IMG/VR virus record: IMGVR_UViG_3300045922_000122
Coordinates: 21,622-85,621 of that record
Strand: one strand, 5' to 3'
From: a virus
Length of the DNA: 64,000 nt
Each line of letters begins with the position of its first letter. Positions within the stretch are counted from its first letter, which is position 1. Shown here piece after piece: positions 48,406 through 57,785 of the stretch. Position numbers and translations under genes: made by a program. Under the pieces are notes generated by a model that ran no database searches, was not told where the DNA came from, and saw nothing but the letters and a program-made list of their open reading frames with translations.

Positions 48406-48693
48406 TTATGTAATTAAAAACTTTATACGTTCTATCATTATATTAAAGTCAGCTAAAGAAATTTTATTTTTGTTTTCTATAGGAGTACCATCACTATGCT
48501 GTTTCCAATGCGTTAATACCCATTGATACATAACTAATTCTTTATAAATTTTAGCTTTATCTGGACATAACTTAACTTTATATCTAAATTCATTAAAATA
48601 TTCTTTTCCTAATTTAGAAAAATATACAGTTAAGTTAGATTTTATAATATCTAAATCTTTAGTTGATATTTTATTATTAACATTTACAACCAT
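48406..48693 (-). CDS. Hypothetical structural-module protein
   Basis: 95-aa ORF in the virion operon. Confidence 0.6.
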   Translation of the reverse strand: MVVNVNNKISTKDLDIIKSNLTVYFSKLGKEYFNEFRYKVKLCPDKAKIYKELVMYQWVLTHWKQHSDGTPIENKNKISLADFNIMIERIKFLIT

Positions 48694-49498
48694 CTGAATT
48701 ACAAATCTTTAGCAAAGTTTTTATATTAGAATTAGCATCAGTATAAAGTTCACTTTCAAATTGTGCATATACAGAAAAAAGTCCTAAAAATAAAGAATTT
48801 AAAGTACTAACATCATCAGTTTTACATCTAGGACAACAATCTTCTTCTTTGATACTTGTTTTAGCTATTTTAGGTTGAAAGCATTTTAAAAATTCATAAT
48901 CAGATAAAGCATATAAATCTATTTCATAACCTGCATAAACTTTAACATTAGTTTGGTTTAAGATAAAAGTATTAGGAAGATTTTCAGATAATGTAACATT
49001 GTTAGTAGTAAAACTATTTACTGTTGTTATTTTAGAATTAGAACCTTGTACTACTTTAGTAATAGAAGTATCTGCAAAACCATTTCTTATACTTGTAAAA
49101 TTATTACCTGAAAATGTAGCATTTATTACATTAAGAGAAGTTAATGTACAGTTATTAGAATTGCTAGTTTCTATTAAAAACCAAACATAAGCTTTTAATT
49201 TATATATTCCTACATTAAACCCATTACTATAAAGAAAATTTCCTGAAAGTAAAGTTTTACCATTTACATAAAAATTATTCAAATCAGCAGAAAGAATAGT
49301 TAAACTAGAGTTTTGATAATCTGGATTTACTAATTTTAAATCTATATGGTCAACAGCAGATAGTAATCTATTAGTATTAGTATTACCATTACTGTACTTA
49401 GTAGAATTTGCTAAGTTATCTACTCCTGTAGTATCTTTATATGTTAAAATTTGATTAGTTTCATCAAACTCTAAAGTACCTTTTAATTCTATCGCCAT
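48677..49498 (-). CDS. Putative tail/collar protein with Cys-rich C-terminus
   Basis: 273 aa; CCPRC...C..GCKC. Confidence 0.55.
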   Translation of the reverse strand: MAIELKGTLEFDETNQILTYKDTTGVDNLANSTKYSNGNTNTNRLLSAVDHIDLKLVNPDYQNSSLTILSADLNNFYVNGKTLLSGNFLYSNGFNVGIYKLKAYVWFLIETSNSNNCTLTSLNVINATFSGNNFTSIRNGFADTSITKVVQGSNSKITTVNSFTTNNVTLSENLPNTFILNQTNVKVYAGYEIDLYALSDYEFLKCFQPKIAKTSIKEEDCCPRCKTDDVSTLNSLFLGLFSVYAQFESELYTDANSNIKTLLKICNSDGCKC

Positions 49499-49502
49499 TT
49501 TA

Positions 49503-50246
49503 TTAAGTTTGTTGTGCTATTAGTTGTATTTTATTGGGATTTTGTTCTGCCAATACAGAAGCGTAAATCAGCGTTGTTTTTATAATCTGAAAAACTACTT
49601 CTTCTGGAAACTCTATTTGAGCAGAAGCATTTATATTAGTATCGTTAGAACTATATTCGTATTTAATAGGTTGTTTAATATAATCTATAAAAAGTTGTTT
49701 TACATTAAAAAGTTTTTTACCTTTATATGAAGCAAATACAGTTATAGTATCTCCGTATATACTTGAAATAGGACTTTCTGAAACTGTTTTGTATATTGGA
49801 TTTTCTAGTTGATTATAAAGCTCATCTTGTTCTACTAATCTATTAGGAATTGTTTGTTCTTCTCCATTTTTACATCCTATAAGCAAAACAATGCTTCTAG
49901 AATTAAGAAGGTGTCTATAAGAAGGTTGTAAAAAATTAGGATTATTTGTTGGTTTAGGTAAGCTACCTGTAAAAAGAGTATAACCATTAATAGTACTTTC
50001 TGTTAATGGTGTTATTTGATGATTTACTACAGTAATAGCTCTAAGATTATCTAGAGAAGTTTGTATATCAGAATATCTTTCGTTTTCTCTTAAATCTTCT
50101 CTATCTGGAAAAACAAGTCTAATAAATTTATTAGTGCCACTATACCATAACCAATCTAATTCCCAAGTTTCCCAATCCCTTCCAACAAAGGCTGCAATAT
50201 TTTGCAGCCCTTGTTGTAAATGGATATAAGCTTCTTGTAAAGTCAT
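49503..50246 (-). CDS. Head-tail ring/adaptor protein
   Basis: 247 aa; DYIKQP...EFPEEV motif; position two genes after the capsid-associated gene. Confidence 0.65.
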   Translation of the reverse strand: MTLQEAYIHLQQGLQNIAAFVGRDWETWELDWLWYSGTNKFIRLVFPDREDLRENERYSDIQTSLDNLRAITVVNHQITPLTESTINGYTLFTGSLPKPTNNPNFLQPSYRHLLNSRSIVLLIGCKNGEEQTIPNRLVEQDELYNQLENPIYKTVSESPISSIYGDTITVFASYKGKKLFNVKQLFIDYIKQPIKYEYSSNDTNINASAQIEFPEEVVFQIIKTTLIYASVLAEQNPNKIQLIAQQT

Positions 50247-50247
50247 A

Positions 50248-51609
50248 CTAGAAATTATACAAAGCTTGAGTTACAGGAGCTAGTTCTTTAATAATCGCTT
50301 CAAAAGCAGTAATTACGTTAGTTTGAGTTGTAGGTATAAAAATAGTAATTGAACTATTTTCAGACCTATTATGAGGCGCACCAGTTACTTGTGTAGACAT
50401 TGTAAACTGGATATTGTAACTGGTATAATTAAGGGAAGTATCAGCATATTTAGGTAATTGCTTCATACGTTTATCAACAGTATCAAACTGACCTCTATAT
50501 GCAATTAACCCATTTTCAATAGCAGCTACAGCATCTCCAGTACCTAAACCTTTAGAAGGAGCTTGTACTTGAGTATTAGTAGTATCGCCTACATAATATG
50601 CAGTTACAGGTGTGTTTTGTAACAATCCTTGAACAGCATAATTATAAACTCTATCTGTAAAATCAGAAATTAATTTAATACCCCAAGAAGTTGTTGCAGT
50701 CAACAAAGCAATATGACCTGCTTGAACGTTAGCTTGGCTAATAGTACCAGAAGAACCTTGATATTCTCTGTCTAAAGTTAAGGTAGTACCGCTAATAGAT
50801 ACAATTCTATATACAGTACCGTTAATAGCACTTGCAGGAGCATTAGCTAAGTTACCTTCTGGAGTATTAGCTATAGATATATATTGATTAACAGCAGCAG
50901 TCCAACCACCACCAGCAGGTAAAGCAGTAGCAAAGCTTAATACTTTAGAACCATTGGTTAAAGTTAATGTACCTGTATTAGTAGTGGTAGCTCCAAAAGT
51001 ACCATTACCTACTACAAAAGCAGTATGAGTTTTATCTAAAGCCTTGTTAACTTCATTAACAACACGGCTTAATACAGTATACTCATTTGCAGAAGCCTCA
51101 ATATTACCAACTCCATAATCTTCTTGATTGCGAATTTGGTCAGCTGCACTAGCTTCTTGCTGTACTGCTAATAAAGTAGCTTCACTACCTTGAGTTATAG
51201 TAGGCATATTAGTACCGTTTGTTACGCCATTAAACCCGATAAAGCTAACTTGTTTTACAGGTGCAACATAAGCTTGTTTAGTAACTCTAGTAATACCTCT
51301 ACGATTAATAGCATAAACTTGGACAGGAGTAGTTTTTCCCCCTTGAGAAATTGTAATAGTAGAATTTCCTCTAGCTGCAAAATCAGCAGCAGCTACAAGT
51401 GAGGCACTATTAGTTCCGTTTGTAATTAAGGTATCTTTACCTACTACAGCAGAGTTAATATTACCTCCTCCTGCATCTACAAAACCATAGATTGCTAAAC
51501 TTCCACTAGCTAACAGAGTAATATCAGTAGCTGTGTTTGGTGTTGATAATTGACCTTTGGCTGCGCCATATTCTGTAACGCCACCGCCTAAAATTAGTAC
51601 TTTTTTCAT
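50248..51609 (-). CDS. Auxiliary capsid / structural protein
   Basis: 453 aa, A/T/G-rich; YVAPVKQVSFIG and GLGTG motifs; crAss capsid-module gene order. Confidence 0.65.
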   Translation of the reverse strand: MKKVLILGGGVTEYGAAKGQLSTPNTATDITLLASGSLAIYGFVDAGGGNINSAVVGKDTLITNGTNSASLVAAADFAARGNSTITISQGGKTTPVQVYAINRRGITRVTKQAYVAPVKQVSFIGFNGVTNGTNMPTITQGSEATLLAVQQEASAADQIRNQEDYGVGNIEASANEYTVLSRVVNEVNKALDKTHTAFVVGNGTFGATTTNTGTLTLTNGSKVLSFATALPAGGGWTAAVNQYISIANTPEGNLANAPASAINGTVYRIVSISGTTLTLDREYQGSSGTISQANVQAGHIALLTATTSWGIKLISDFTDRVYNYAVQGLLQNTPVTAYYVGDTTNTQVQAPSKGLGTGDAVAAIENGLIAYRGQFDTVDKRMKQLPKYADTSLNYTSYNIQFTMSTQVTGAPHNRSENSSITIFIPTTQTNVITAFEAIIKELAPVTQALYNF

Positions 51610-51649
51610 CTTTTTTTCCTTTTAAATTGTTTTACTTTATACTTATATT

Positions 51650-52603
51650 TTAATAAGTAATCTCTTTAAGTTGTGCTTTCATCTTTACTACAAACATACT
51701 TTTAGTAGGGTCTGACAAAAACACTATACATTCTTTTTCTGTAGAACCTACTAAGGTATCACCAAAGAAGTAAGATTCTCCTTCTTTAATTACAATACCT
51801 GTTTGTATTAATCTATACAATAAGGCTCTATTTTCTAAGTTTTTATCTTCTAAAGCATTTAGAAAAGCACCAGGATTAGCTTCTGCTTTTTCTGTTAATG
51901 CTATACATTTATCTATATATTTAACAGAATAGAATAGTTCATTAGGTTCTTTTAATACTTCTAATAACCAATCTATTTTTTCACAAGATTGTTCAGAAGA
52001 AGATTTAAATAAATCTGCAAGAGCAGAAGTAGCTCTAGTTTTAAGTTTAAAGTTTTCTTCTTTAGTTTTTTCAGCAATAGATAAATCTTCTAAAACAAAA
52101 TCATATAAATCTTTATTTTGTTTTTCTAATTCTGTAAAAGCTACTCTGCTATTTTGTTTAGCAAACATAACTTTTATATAATCTTCTAAATTTACAGGAA
52201 CTTTTATTTCTACTTCTGTACCATCTAATTTTACTTTTTCTATGGTATAAGAAGCATCTAATTGTAATTCTCTATCTACAAAAATAGTAAAATCTGCCCA
52301 ATATTGTGTCATTGCTTCATCATAACCAAAATCTTTAGGAGTTTTGTTTATTAATCTAGAAGCAAAATATCTTTCCTGATTAGTATCAAGTCCTCTAATA
52401 ATAGCTCTAGATACTTGACCGTTATAAGTAAGAAACTGGCTTCCTATTTTACCTTCATTTTTTCTTTCTTTTTTAGGCAAAGGATGATAGCTATTATCTT
52501 TATTAATTAATTTAAGAACATACTTTTGTTTAATTACTTTAGGAGTTCTTTCAGTAGTCTCTATTGCTACTTTTTCTGATTTTTTAATTTCTGCTGTTTC
52601 CAT
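51650..52603 (-). CDS. Conserved crAss-like capsid-module protein
   Basis: 317 aa directly downstream of the MCP; YWADF...PVNLEDYI motif. Confidence 0.65.
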   Translation of the reverse strand: METAEIKKSEKVAIETTERTPKVIKQKYVLKLINKDNSYHPLPKKERKNEGKIGSQFLTYNGQVSRAIIRGLDTNQERYFASRLINKTPKDFGYDEAMTQYWADFTIFVDRELQLDASYTIEKVKLDGTEVEIKVPVNLEDYIKVMFAKQNSRVAFTELEKQNKDLYDFVLEDLSIAEKTKEENFKLKTRATSALADLFKSSSEQSCEKIDWLLEVLKEPNELFYSVKYIDKCIALTEKAEANPGAFLNALEDKNLENRALLYRLIQTGIVIKEGESYFFGDTLVGSTEKECIVFLSDPTKSMFVVKMKAQLKEITY

Positions 52604-52632
52604 ATTATTTTAAGTTAAATGTTTAGATTTAG

Positions 52633-52710
52633 TGGTAGCATAAGGAATTGAACCTATTATCTTTAGATTAAATTCATAATCTAATGTTTTTCCGTTAAAC
52701 TATTACTACC
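52633..52710 (-). tRNA. Degenerate tRNA-like element (tRNA-His-like, apparent anticodon AUG)
   Basis: GGTAGTA/TGCTACC acceptor stem, D arm GTTT-AACGGAA-AAAC, TTAGA-TTATGAA-TTTAA/TCTAA arm, AGG-TTCAATT-CCT T arm; imperfect T stem. Confidence 0.6.
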
Positions 52711-52742
52711 AAAAAAAGAGGAGAGAGATAACTCTCTCCTCT
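52711..52742 (-). terminator. Intrinsic terminator after the major capsid gene
   Basis: Perfect 11-bp stem AGAGGAGAGAG-TTAT-CTCTCTCCTCT followed by a T run, 5 nt after the MCP stop. Confidence 0.9.
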
Positions 52743-52747
52743 AATAA

Positions 52748-54262
52748 TTAAGCAAGCCCGCATAGGAGTTTAAAGCAAGAACTAGGTCTCATGATTTGAA
52801 TACCACCAGTACGAACATTTTCAATACTAGTTTCATCTCTATCAGTAGCTCTGTAGACAGATTCTGGATAACCTAAAGGAGTATGAACGCCAGCTACAAC
52901 AAAGTTAATATTTTCACGACCTTCTTCAACTATATATTGTAAATTAGACTTGCCTTGATATACAGTTTGGTCAATGAAATAAAAATGGTGAGATGTTATA
53001 GGAAGACCTGTAATAGGATGTTTAGGAGAAGCTTGAGCTATAAGACCTCTATCAAACATAGGGTGATAATGTACAGTAAGCATTTGTCCGTCAACATGAC
53101 GAAAACTTGTAAAAAAAGAACCGTAAGTCATGTTGTAACTATTAGAACCTTGTGTAAATTGCTTACTGTCTATAAATTGAGTAAATCCTTTTAATTCATT
53201 TTTAATCATTTTATCAAAATCAGCCATACCACCTTTACCAGTGTAAATATGAATATCGGCTAATTCGTCAGTAATATTAAAAGTAATATCACGAACTAAA
53301 TTAAAGAATTTGTTATATGACAAAAATGAATATGTATCAGCATTACTTGTAGGAATTTGCTGGTCAATACCAGCACCAGAAGTAATAGGAATTTGAGTTT
53401 CAGCATCAACTGTATAAAAATCTCCTGTAGTAGATTTACCATATTGTGAAAACCAGATGTCATTTTCCCTTTGTTCGTTAAAGTTTAACATTGCCATATA
53501 AAGCTCATAATCCATATAAGATTTAAAAACTTTACCGTCAATAGGAATTTCAAACATCATTGTTTTTTTCTGTAGATTACCAGAGTACTTATAAGAACTT
53601 CTCATCAGAGAAATCATATTAGTAGCCATGCTAGGTAATTGACTTCTGCTTTCTACACCTTTAGATTTTTCAAAAGGAACTTTAGCAACACCACCTGCCC
53701 AAACAGCACCTTGTTGAACGCAACTTAAAGGTAATGAAAGTGTACTAGTAGAAGCAAATATTTTTAAAGTATATTCCCAACCATCACTAACACTAACAGG
53801 GTCTCCTACAACTATACATTGTAGTTTAGCTGATTCTGAATGAGGAGGATACAATAATTGTTGTCTGTAAAACCAACGGTCTGCAAACACAACTTTAAAG
53901 AGAGAACCTCCTGAACCAACTTTACCATTACTATAGCTACCAACTAACCTAACTACAATAGAAGTCTTTTTTGGAGCACCCATAACTGGATACTTGTACT
54001 CCATGTTAGCGTTGTCTAGTTTAACTCTACTAATAGTAGCAACACCTTTTCTAGCAGCATCTAGATTACCTTCTGTGTAAGCTAATACTGGGAAATTCTT
54101 TTTACCGTAATCCTTGTCGTTATACAACAAGTGAGTTACAACTGGAGATAGTAAAGCAGCTTCACTTTGTAAAGCTCTTGATAGTTCAGTTATTGAACTA
54201 TAGTCTTTATCACGATAAAAATCTTGATAAAGTCTTAATTCTGGATTTAATTTACCTGCCAT
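52748..54262 (-). CDS. Major capsid protein (crAss-type)
   Basis: 504 aa; order portal, scaffold, MCP; GAGIDQQI and IYTGKGGMADF motifs; strong terminator downstream. Confidence 0.85.
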   Translation of the reverse strand: MAGKLNPELRLYQDFYRDKDYSSITELSRALQSEAALLSPVVTHLLYNDKDYGKKNFPVLAYTEGNLDAARKGVATISRVKLDNANMEYKYPVMGAPKKTSIVVRLVGSYSNGKVGSGGSLFKVVFADRWFYRQQLLYPPHSESAKLQCIVVGDPVSVSDGWEYTLKIFASTSTLSLPLSCVQQGAVWAGGVAKVPFEKSKGVESRSQLPSMATNMISLMRSSYKYSGNLQKKTMMFEIPIDGKVFKSYMDYELYMAMLNFNEQRENDIWFSQYGKSTTGDFYTVDAETQIPITSGAGIDQQIPTSNADTYSFLSYNKFFNLVRDITFNITDELADIHIYTGKGGMADFDKMIKNELKGFTQFIDSKQFTQGSNSYNMTYGSFFTSFRHVDGQMLTVHYHPMFDRGLIAQASPKHPITGLPITSHHFYFIDQTVYQGKSNLQYIVEEGRENINFVVAGVHTPLGYPESVYRATDRDETSIENVRTGGIQIMRPSSCFKLLCGLA

Positions 54263-54284
54263 TTTGATTATTATTTATATTTTT

Positions 54285-55364
54285 TTACTTGCTCATTAAA
54301 AGCTTCAGTTCTGAAAGAGTTATACTATTATTTTTACCAGAACCGCCACCTTCAGATTTAAGTTTAACTCTTGGAGAACCTGCTGATTGTTGTATTTGCT
54401 TATTTTCTAATCCTTTTATTTTAAAGTCTTTAAAAATAAGATAATCTAAAAACAATCTTTGTTCATAAGTAAGATTTTGATATTTTTTACCAAGTTCTTC
54501 ACTTAATATAAAATTGTTAAACTCTTTTCTTTCAGATTCTGGTATTACATAATTATTAACTAATTTACCTTTTTTTACAATATCAGTAACAGTTTTAACA
54601 GTTTCTTCTATTTCTTTTTGTCTTCTTTGCTGTTCTTCGTATTCAGCTTGTTTTTTAGCATTAATTTTTTCAGATAAAGCTTGTTTTATTCTATTAGCTT
54701 CTTTTTCTACCTCATCTTCAAATTCATCATCATCTTTTAGAGCTTCAATTAAAAGTTTTGCTCTTCTTTCTGATATTCCTTTTTGTTTATAAACATCAAT
54801 TAAAAATTGAGTTTTTTCTTCATCGCTTTTATCTTCAAAAGATAAATCCATTTCATCTATGGCTTTTTCTTCTTTCCATGTAGAAATAGAACCGCCTTTT
54901 TGTAAATGTTCTATTAAATCTTTTACTATTGGGGCAGCTTCAAACAATTCATTAACAGCTGATTGTTTTACTTTTTCTTCTCTCTTGTCATAGAACTTTT
55001 TAATAGTATCTATACTATCGTCATTTAAATCTAAATCTTTAAAATCTTCATCTTCTTCAATGTTTATACCATAAGTCTTAGCTAAATAAGACAAAGGACT
55101 TGAAACATCACTGTCATCATCATTATCATCATCATTATTGTTACCACTTTGATTTTTACTTTGAGAAGTAGTACTTACGTTGCTTTTACCTGTATTACCT
55201 TGATTTGAACCTTCGTTGTCTTCATCATCATCATCTACATCATTATCTTCTTCTAGTTCAACGTCTACTAAAGAACTTGCAAACTTAGATTTTAAGCCTT
55301 CGGCTAAACTTGAAGGTATCGCTCCACCTTCGTTTACATCTGAATTTCTGTTAATTGTGTACAT
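54285..55364 (-). CDS. Scaffold-like acidic protein
   Basis: Poly-D/E N-terminus and coiled coil; between portal and MCP. Confidence 0.7.
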   Translation of the reverse strand: MYTINRNSDVNEGGAIPSSLAEGLKSKFASSLVDVELEEDNDVDDDDEDNEGSNQGNTGKSNVSTTSQSKNQSGNNNDDDNDDDSDVSSPLSYLAKTYGINIEEDEDFKDLDLNDDSIDTIKKFYDKREEKVKQSAVNELFEAAPIVKDLIEHLQKGGSISTWKEEKAIDEMDLSFEDKSDEEKTQFLIDVYKQKGISERRAKLLIEALKDDDEFEDEVEKEANRIKQALSEKINAKKQAEYEEQQRRQKEIEETVKTVTDIVKKGKLVNNYVIPESERKEFNNFILSEELGKKYQNLTYEQRLFLDYLIFKDFKIKGLENKQIQQSAGSPRVKLKSEGGGSGKNNSITLSELKLLMSK

Positions 55365-55394
55365 ATAATTTTAATTTAAGAGTTTGTACTTGTG

Positions 55395-55410
55395 CAAATT
55401 TAATAAAATT
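55395..55410 (-). promoter_or_regulatory. Bacteroidota-type -7 promoter element
   Basis: AATTTTATTAAATTTG(C) in the 100-bp gap upstream of the scaffold/MCP genes. Confidence 0.55.
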
Positions 55411-55463
55411 TTTATAATAACTATACATTTTTGTTCATTAAAATTTAGAACTTTATAGACCTT

Positions 55464-57785
55464 TTATTTTGGTTTATTACTTTTTGCTCTATCTTTTTTT
55501 AATTTTTCAATTTCTATTCTTTCATCTGATTTTCTTTTTTCTCTAGCTTCTGCTAATTTTTCTCTTTCTATTTGAATTTTAGCTAATATTTCTTCACGTT
55601 TTAGCTGAATCATCTGGTCATTATTAACTCTAATTTCATCTGGTATTCCGTTACTATTAGCATCGTTAAGTAACAAATCTACCTCTAATTCCATAGCTTT
55701 AAGTTCTCTTTCTCTAGCATCTTCTGTATCTATATCATATTGTTTTAAATTTAACTCTCTTTCTTTTAAAGAAAGTTCCATTTGTTTTGCAGCTTGTTCT
55801 GCTTCTAGATTTGCTTGTTGTTGCTCCATTAGCTTTTGTTCTAACATATCCAATTCTTTAGTTAATTCTACTATGTTAGTAGCAGCAGCTATTCTAGGTA
55901 ATATAGATAATTGTTGTGTTTGTTGTGCAATATTACCAAGTTGAGCCTTCATCATTTCAAGCTCTTTTTGATTTTTACTACTATTTTCACAAACCACTCC
56001 ATATTCTACTAATGGATATATAGTAGGGTCAATTTCATAATAAACTTCTTTAAATTTACTATTTAGGTAAGTTCCTTTTTTACCATTTCTCCAAGCAGCT
56101 TTACTTAACGTAATAAGACCGTTTAAATCTTCTAATATAGTATCTTCATGTTGTCTATATAATTCTTCTGTAGCTGTACTACTTCTATACAAAGCTTCTT
56201 CTGTTACAGCCTTACCGTCAGAAGCCATAGTTAATCCTTTTCTTTGTCTATTAAATCCTATAGCATCATCCCAATCTTCTTTTATAGCTCTTAAAATAGC
56301 ATAAAGTTCTTTTATGTATTGATATAAACTCATATCAAGAACTTTCATGTATTGCATAGCACTAATAGCTTGAGGATTAGTTTCATCTAAGAAGAAATAA
56401 CCATGAGCATCTGCATAGTACATTACAGTAAATTCATCCCAACCTTCTTTTTGAGGAATAAGACCTAAAGGAAAAAATGTTATTTTATCTTTATTCTTAT
56501 TTAGAACTTTTTCTAGATGATAATGAGCTATATTATATTTAATTTGATAAACTATACCTTTTTCTCCTATAGATTCTGGTATAATATAATTATTACCAAA
56601 AACTCTACCGTTATATTCTTTTACAGCTTTATTAGGATTACTCCAAGTACCTCTTTGATAAGGTATAGGTTGTACTCCTAATATCCATTTATTTGCTATT
56701 CTATAACCTTCCCATTCTTCTTTAACCCATTTTTCTTCTACTTCTTCAGTAGGTAAAGGTATATAATCTTCATCATAATATTCTACATATTCGTTACCAA
56801 AAGGGTCAATTCCTTTAACTTTTTTAATTAAAGCCATACTAGACCATTGTACATGCTCTACTATAAGACCCTCTATTTGTTGGTTCATCATATTATTAAA
56901 ATTACCAGTAACCATACCTCTAAGCATATCACTGGTAATACCACCACTTACAGATTGAAATCCTACTACGGCAAGTTCTTTTTCTAATTCTCCTACTATT
57001 TCATGAAATCCTTCTACTTCATAAAAAGTGTCTAGTATTTCACTCATAGTCATCATTACTGTTCTTTTTACAGCTTCTGATTCCTGAATATATCTTAAAT
57101 TAGGAGTATTAATAAAACTAATTTCTACAGGACTAATACATTCATATTCTAATTCTTCACCATTTACTCTTTTATAAGTTACAAATCTACCTAATACTAT
57201 AAATTCATATAAAGTTTCTCTTCTTATTTGGTCTATTTTATTATCTCGCATTATTACATTTAATGCGTGTTGACCCATTAAACTTAGTTCATTTTGTAAA
57301 TTACTTACTTGTTTATCTATTATTTCTTGAGGTAAAGGAGTTTGAGCTATATCTTCAGGTAATACTCCTTCAGCTATAAGACCATTAACAAAATCTCTTT
57401 TAAGTTTTTCTAAAGTTAGCTTATATTCTAAATCTTCTTTTTTATTTTTTATAAGACTATTAATAGCAACTACCATAGGATTAAAAAATCTTTGAGATAG
57501 TTCTCCCATTAGTCTTTGTATATTAGGACTTATAATATCTATATTTCTAATTCTAGAAGGATAGCCTTTTAATTCTGGTCTATCCATATTTAATGGATTA
57601 GTAACGTATGTATATACGCTTTCATCTAATTTACCAGCACAAGCTTGATGTAGAATAAAAGCATCAGTCCTACTCATTGGATAAAAGTTAGTTCTTCCGC
57701 ACCAATATTCTACATTTTTATTTTTCCATTCTTCTGTATTCTTTTCTTTTCTAGATACTTTTTGTTTTGGTCTTGATAAATTCAT
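55464..57785 (-). CDS. Portal protein
   Basis: 773 aa after TerL; PKQKV N-terminus, LMGE..R, WEGYRI, GFNRQRKG and C-terminal coiled coil. Confidence 0.88.
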   Translation of the reverse strand: MNLSRPKQKVSRKEKNTEEWKNKNVEYWCGRTNFYPMSRTDAFILHQACAGKLDESVYTYVTNPLNMDRPELKGYPSRIRNIDIISPNIQRLMGELSQRFFNPMVVAINSLIKNKKEDLEYKLTLEKLKRDFVNGLIAEGVLPEDIAQTPLPQEIIDKQVSNLQNELSLMGQHALNVIMRDNKIDQIRRETLYEFIVLGRFVTYKRVNGEELEYECISPVEISFINTPNLRYIQESEAVKRTVMMTMSEILDTFYEVEGFHEIVGELEKELAVVGFQSVSGGITSDMLRGMVTGNFNNMMNQQIEGLIVEHVQWSSMALIKKVKGIDPFGNEYVEYYDEDYIPLPTEEVEEKWVKEEWEGYRIANKWILGVQPIPYQRGTWSNPNKAVKEYNGRVFGNNYIIPESIGEKGIVYQIKYNIAHYHLEKVLNKNKDKITFFPLGLIPQKEGWDEFTVMYYADAHGYFFLDETNPQAISAMQYMKVLDMSLYQYIKELYAILRAIKEDWDDAIGFNRQRKGLTMASDGKAVTEEALYRSSTATEELYRQHEDTILEDLNGLITLSKAAWRNGKKGTYLNSKFKEVYYEIDPTIYPLVEYGVVCENSSKNQKELEMMKAQLGNIAQQTQQLSILPRIAAATNIVELTKELDMLEQKLMEQQQANLEAEQAAKQMELSLKERELNLKQYDIDTEDARERELKAMELEVDLLLNDANSNGIPDEIRVNNDQMIQLKREEILAKIQIEREKLAEAREKRKSDERIEIEKLKKDRAKSNKPK

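Noticed and set aside
52660-52685. TTA triplets in the tRNA-like loop as a possible ochre suppressor anticodon
   Set aside because: No 5-bp stem with a 7-nt loop places TTA at positions 34-36.
55110-55255. TCA/TCATCA trinucleotide-like repeats
   Set aside because: They encode the poly-Asp tracts of the scaffold-like protein.
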